From positions 434,001-498,000 of the forward strand of contig NIVC01000064.1 in the NCBI GenBank assembly GCA_002269645.1: a DNA stretch of 64,000 bases. The letters run 5' to 3'. Positions 60,701 through 64,000 of this stretch are shown here, piece after piece. This stretch comes from Macrostomum lignano. Taxonomy: Eukaryota. The notes under the pieces were generated by a model. That model saw only the letters and a program-made list of their open reading frames with translations, was not told the origin of the DNA and did not search any database. The position numbers and the translations under genes are program-made. The number at the start of each line of letters is the position of its first letter. Position 1 is the stretch's first letter.

Positions 60701-63148
60701 AGCAGTTGTCTAAATCAAATGGGATTATATAGATAGGAAGCTGTGAATATTATGCATATCATATGGACATGAAATTGGAATGCAACGCGCTGGTACATGT
60801 ACTCACTTATCTTTGGTTTTGATTGTGCAGTTGCGAATTATTCAAACAATTAACAAACGATTGAGAGCAACAACAATCGACTGATCAGGTCTGTTCTCGG
60901 TTTCAGGACAGATTAACGCAAACATATTTTTTTCTGTACAGTTCAATCTGTTTTATACACGCGGCTAAAGAAGTCTGTTAGCCAATAAGGCCTGTCGCAT
61001 CACTGCATCAGTTACACGTACGAGTATAGAGAAGCAGAAATGGTTGTCTAGTTTAAGAATAAAATATTCTTTGTTTGAACATGAAAAGCAAAAAAGAGTG
61101 AGTTAAACTTTTCCCACCTATGCACAGGGAGAGTATTCACAAATCCCGTAAAAGTTTTCGATAGCAACAGACATTACTCATCCAGATTTTCCACTAGGGA
61201 AGCATTGATTACAACTGGTAATCAAGCAGGCAATAAGTCAAACTGTTTTTTTAAGAAATCTAGACGGACCTCTGAAGACAGGTTTTTCCTATTAAATTAA
61301 TTGAAACCCCAATTAACTCTATGATGCTAATCTTTGCTTCTCAATAATTTTTTTCAGTAATAAACTGAATATAGCTCGTATCGAATCGAAAAACTTGTGA
61401 ATCAACCTGCCATGCTGCAATAGAAACTTATACTTATTGACAAAACAAGAACTACACGTAAAACTCTTCTTATCTCGCATATATGCTTTTGCAGATTTTT
61501 TGCAGAAACAGCCATGTAAAATTCACACGATTTGACAGCGTGGCGTAGCATCCTGCTACATATGTAGTTGTCCATTAGTGAGTTTCACTCCCGAATCTTG
61601 CTATAGCGTCATGGATGGAAATGTTAGAAGCGATCGATGCATGTAAGTAAATAGCATGGATAAAAGCAACTGTAGCATAGGTAGAGAATATAGAGTTAAA
61701 ATAGGCTCTGCTCTATTGGAGCATAACTATGCTAGTATTCTAAAATATAAATATAAAAAGTAAAAGTGTCATAGCTATGTAAAATACGAGCTATCTACTA
61801 AGCGTATGGAAGACATGGGGTGGTTTAACTACTTATATAAGCAATCACATTTTAGACGAGATATAAAAAGCATAAGGACGACTCATGGATTTATGATGAG
61901 TCTCCGAGCCATTGGTACAGAGCTATAGTACGTGTACATGTACATATGTATCTGACATGTAATTGCACAATAATGACTTGCTCGAGCAGTTGGACGCTAC
62001 TCTTGGCGCTAGACAATATTTATGCGCCGCAGATAGACTATATGGCGCTAAAAGTGGCACCTCTAATCACAGAATATACCGCCGATATTCTGTGCCTCTA
62101 ATAACAAGGTATGTTATAGATTTTTACATGCCTTTCATCGTTTAAAAATTGTTCACAAGTGACTGTCACTCGCTTAAACAAAAAGAACAACATAAATCAT
62201 AGAATTTTGCTATACTTCATAACCAAAGTGTACGCAAAAAATATAAATTTCATTAATAACTGGCAATATTTTAATAACGAATAGATTTAAAGTTAACCTA
62301 ATAGATATATTCAAACTTTTTTTCATGACCAAGTTTAGCTAGCCCATATTGGGCCTAGTTATAAGTTAAGCCATGGCGAAATAAATTGAGTTAGTCTTTG
62401 CTGATAACCTGCTGCTGCGTTTGAATAAAAAAAGCTAGGAGATGAAGGCCGACATAGTGGAGGATGAGTAACTTGTTCACTGTACTGGCTGTTCTGTGCC
62501 TGTGACTACATTACACTGTAGGCTTAACACTGCCTAGGCCCCTACTAAATCTGATTCGTTTAGGAAAAGTTAGTACTAAAAGTATCATAGTCTGGAGGTC
62601 ATTTGTTCTTATATAATGTATATAATTTTTTAATTTGCCTAAATTTTGTAGTCTATTTGGCATAAAAAAAACTATTATTAGGCCTATAGCCACCTATATT
62701 ATACAACACACACATAAGGCCTATAATAGGCCTAGCATAGAAAACTAAATAAAAAGGGTTTAAAAGAATTATAAAATAGACTAGGCCCTAGTTTTACAAA
62801 TCTATAATATGCTTTTTAGAAATTGAAAATATTTAGGATAGAAAAAACTTTTTAGTAAGCTTTTAGTTATGCTTTATTCCATGCAATCTAGCCTTCTATA
62901 TCAGTATATGACTTCTCATTCTAGCTAGAATCTAGGCAATTTTTGTTGTCTTGATAGTTGAGCTATTAAGGAATTTAGCATACACCCAAAGATCTATCTT
63001 AAAAAGGATTGAAAAGTAAAAATAGGCATAAGAATTTTTTTCTTAAATATTCTAGGCTGCTACATCTTATATAAATTGAGATTAGAAGAGTAGAAGACCT
63101 CAACTAGAAAACTTGAAGACTGGATAGAGTCAATGTCATGCTTGGGTG

Positions 63149-63296
63149 CAACCTAGGGATTCACCTGGCCATTTCTATTGGCAACACACACACATGTAAG
63201 TTGCTATTAGATGGAATAGTAGTCACATGACTACTCTTGGCCAATAGCAATTTATGTGTGTTGCTAATAGAAATGGCTAAGTGAATCCCAAGGTTG
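63149..63296. repeat. 148-bp imperfect palindrome (foldback hairpin)
   Basis: Arms CAACCTAGGGATTCACCTGGCCATTTCTATTGGCAACACAC and GTGTGTTGCTAATAGAAATGGCTAAGTGAATCCCAAGGTTG pair; inner TTGCTATT/AATAGCAA and AGTAGTCA/TGACTACT also pair. Confidence 0.85.
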
Positions 63297-64000
63297 TGCA
63301 TGTATGGTCAATGTAGACTTGAACAAATATATTGCATTAATTTTTTTGGCCTAAAAAGCGTGCAAATTCAAATGCAGACAAATTGCCAACTTATACTTGG
63401 TAGCCATAGTACTAGTACTAGGCCTAGTATATAGGCCTAGCTATTTATTTTGAAAACTGCCTCTATGCCCTATCTCAAAAGTAGCTTGGCCTAATAAGAA
63501 ACAAATAAAGAGTTTAAATAGCAAATAGAAAGTAGCTTTATATTATCTTAAAAATAGAAAGTAATGTTAAAAGTAACAAAATAATAAAATTAACTAATAG
63601 GTCAAGAACTTTGCAATTGCATTTTAAAAAAACTTAAAAAATCAAGGTGCAATTTTAATAAAGTAGCCCAAATTGCCATTTGCAAAGACAAATCTAACAT
63701 AAATGACATGATCTTAGGTATGGCAATGAGGGGTAATGTACCAGATGGCAGAAAGGTATGAGCCATAGTCAGGATCATGTCATAGAATATGCTGGAATAA
63801 AAAGTCCCCTAAAAAAATCTACGCCACTTCATACTGAAATGTATGCCAAGGTCCTAGGAACTTACGCCAGGTTTTCTAGGCTTTGCGACAATAACTGACC
63901 TTATTTGTGTGTTATACATTTTTAACAATAAAAATTTAACAAATGTGTGGTTTTCATTTAAAGTAAATTGGCTTATAGATAATGCCAACAAAAATCAATT

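Overview
Eukaryotic, intron-containing animal genomic DNA. GC-rich exons, minisatellite-filled introns, (TCTG)n tracts and a CsRn1-type Gypsy suggest a flatworm such as Macrostomum; this is inference, not verified. Host genes: a 7-exon HERC3/4-like E3 ligase (RCC1 repeats + HECT, + strand, 5689-14496); a 2-exon neuropeptide-like precursor (23179-24262, +) absent from the ORF track; a Vav-type CH exon (31.6-32.0 kb, -) and a Vav-type half-C1+SH2 exon (21.6-22.1 kb, -) with no DH/PH coding between them; a short SART3-like HAT fragment (39.9-41.5 kb, +); two duplicated 3-exon secreted proteins of unknown family (42.7-43.7 and 47.3-48.6 kb, -); and two intronless PAN/apple + C-type lectin paralogues (55.1-55.8 and 59.9-60.7 kb, -). 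Mobile DNA: a 2.2-kb TG...CA solo-LTR-like element with its own promoter, a near-full-length LOA-like LINE, a full-length but damaged Gypsy element, an older Gypsy remnant, a MITE and a foldback hairpin. More than 20 tandem arrays explain most of the long low-complexity ORFs in the track. Exon models were built by hand from splice signals and reading phase, and family calls rest on recalled motifs rather than database searches.
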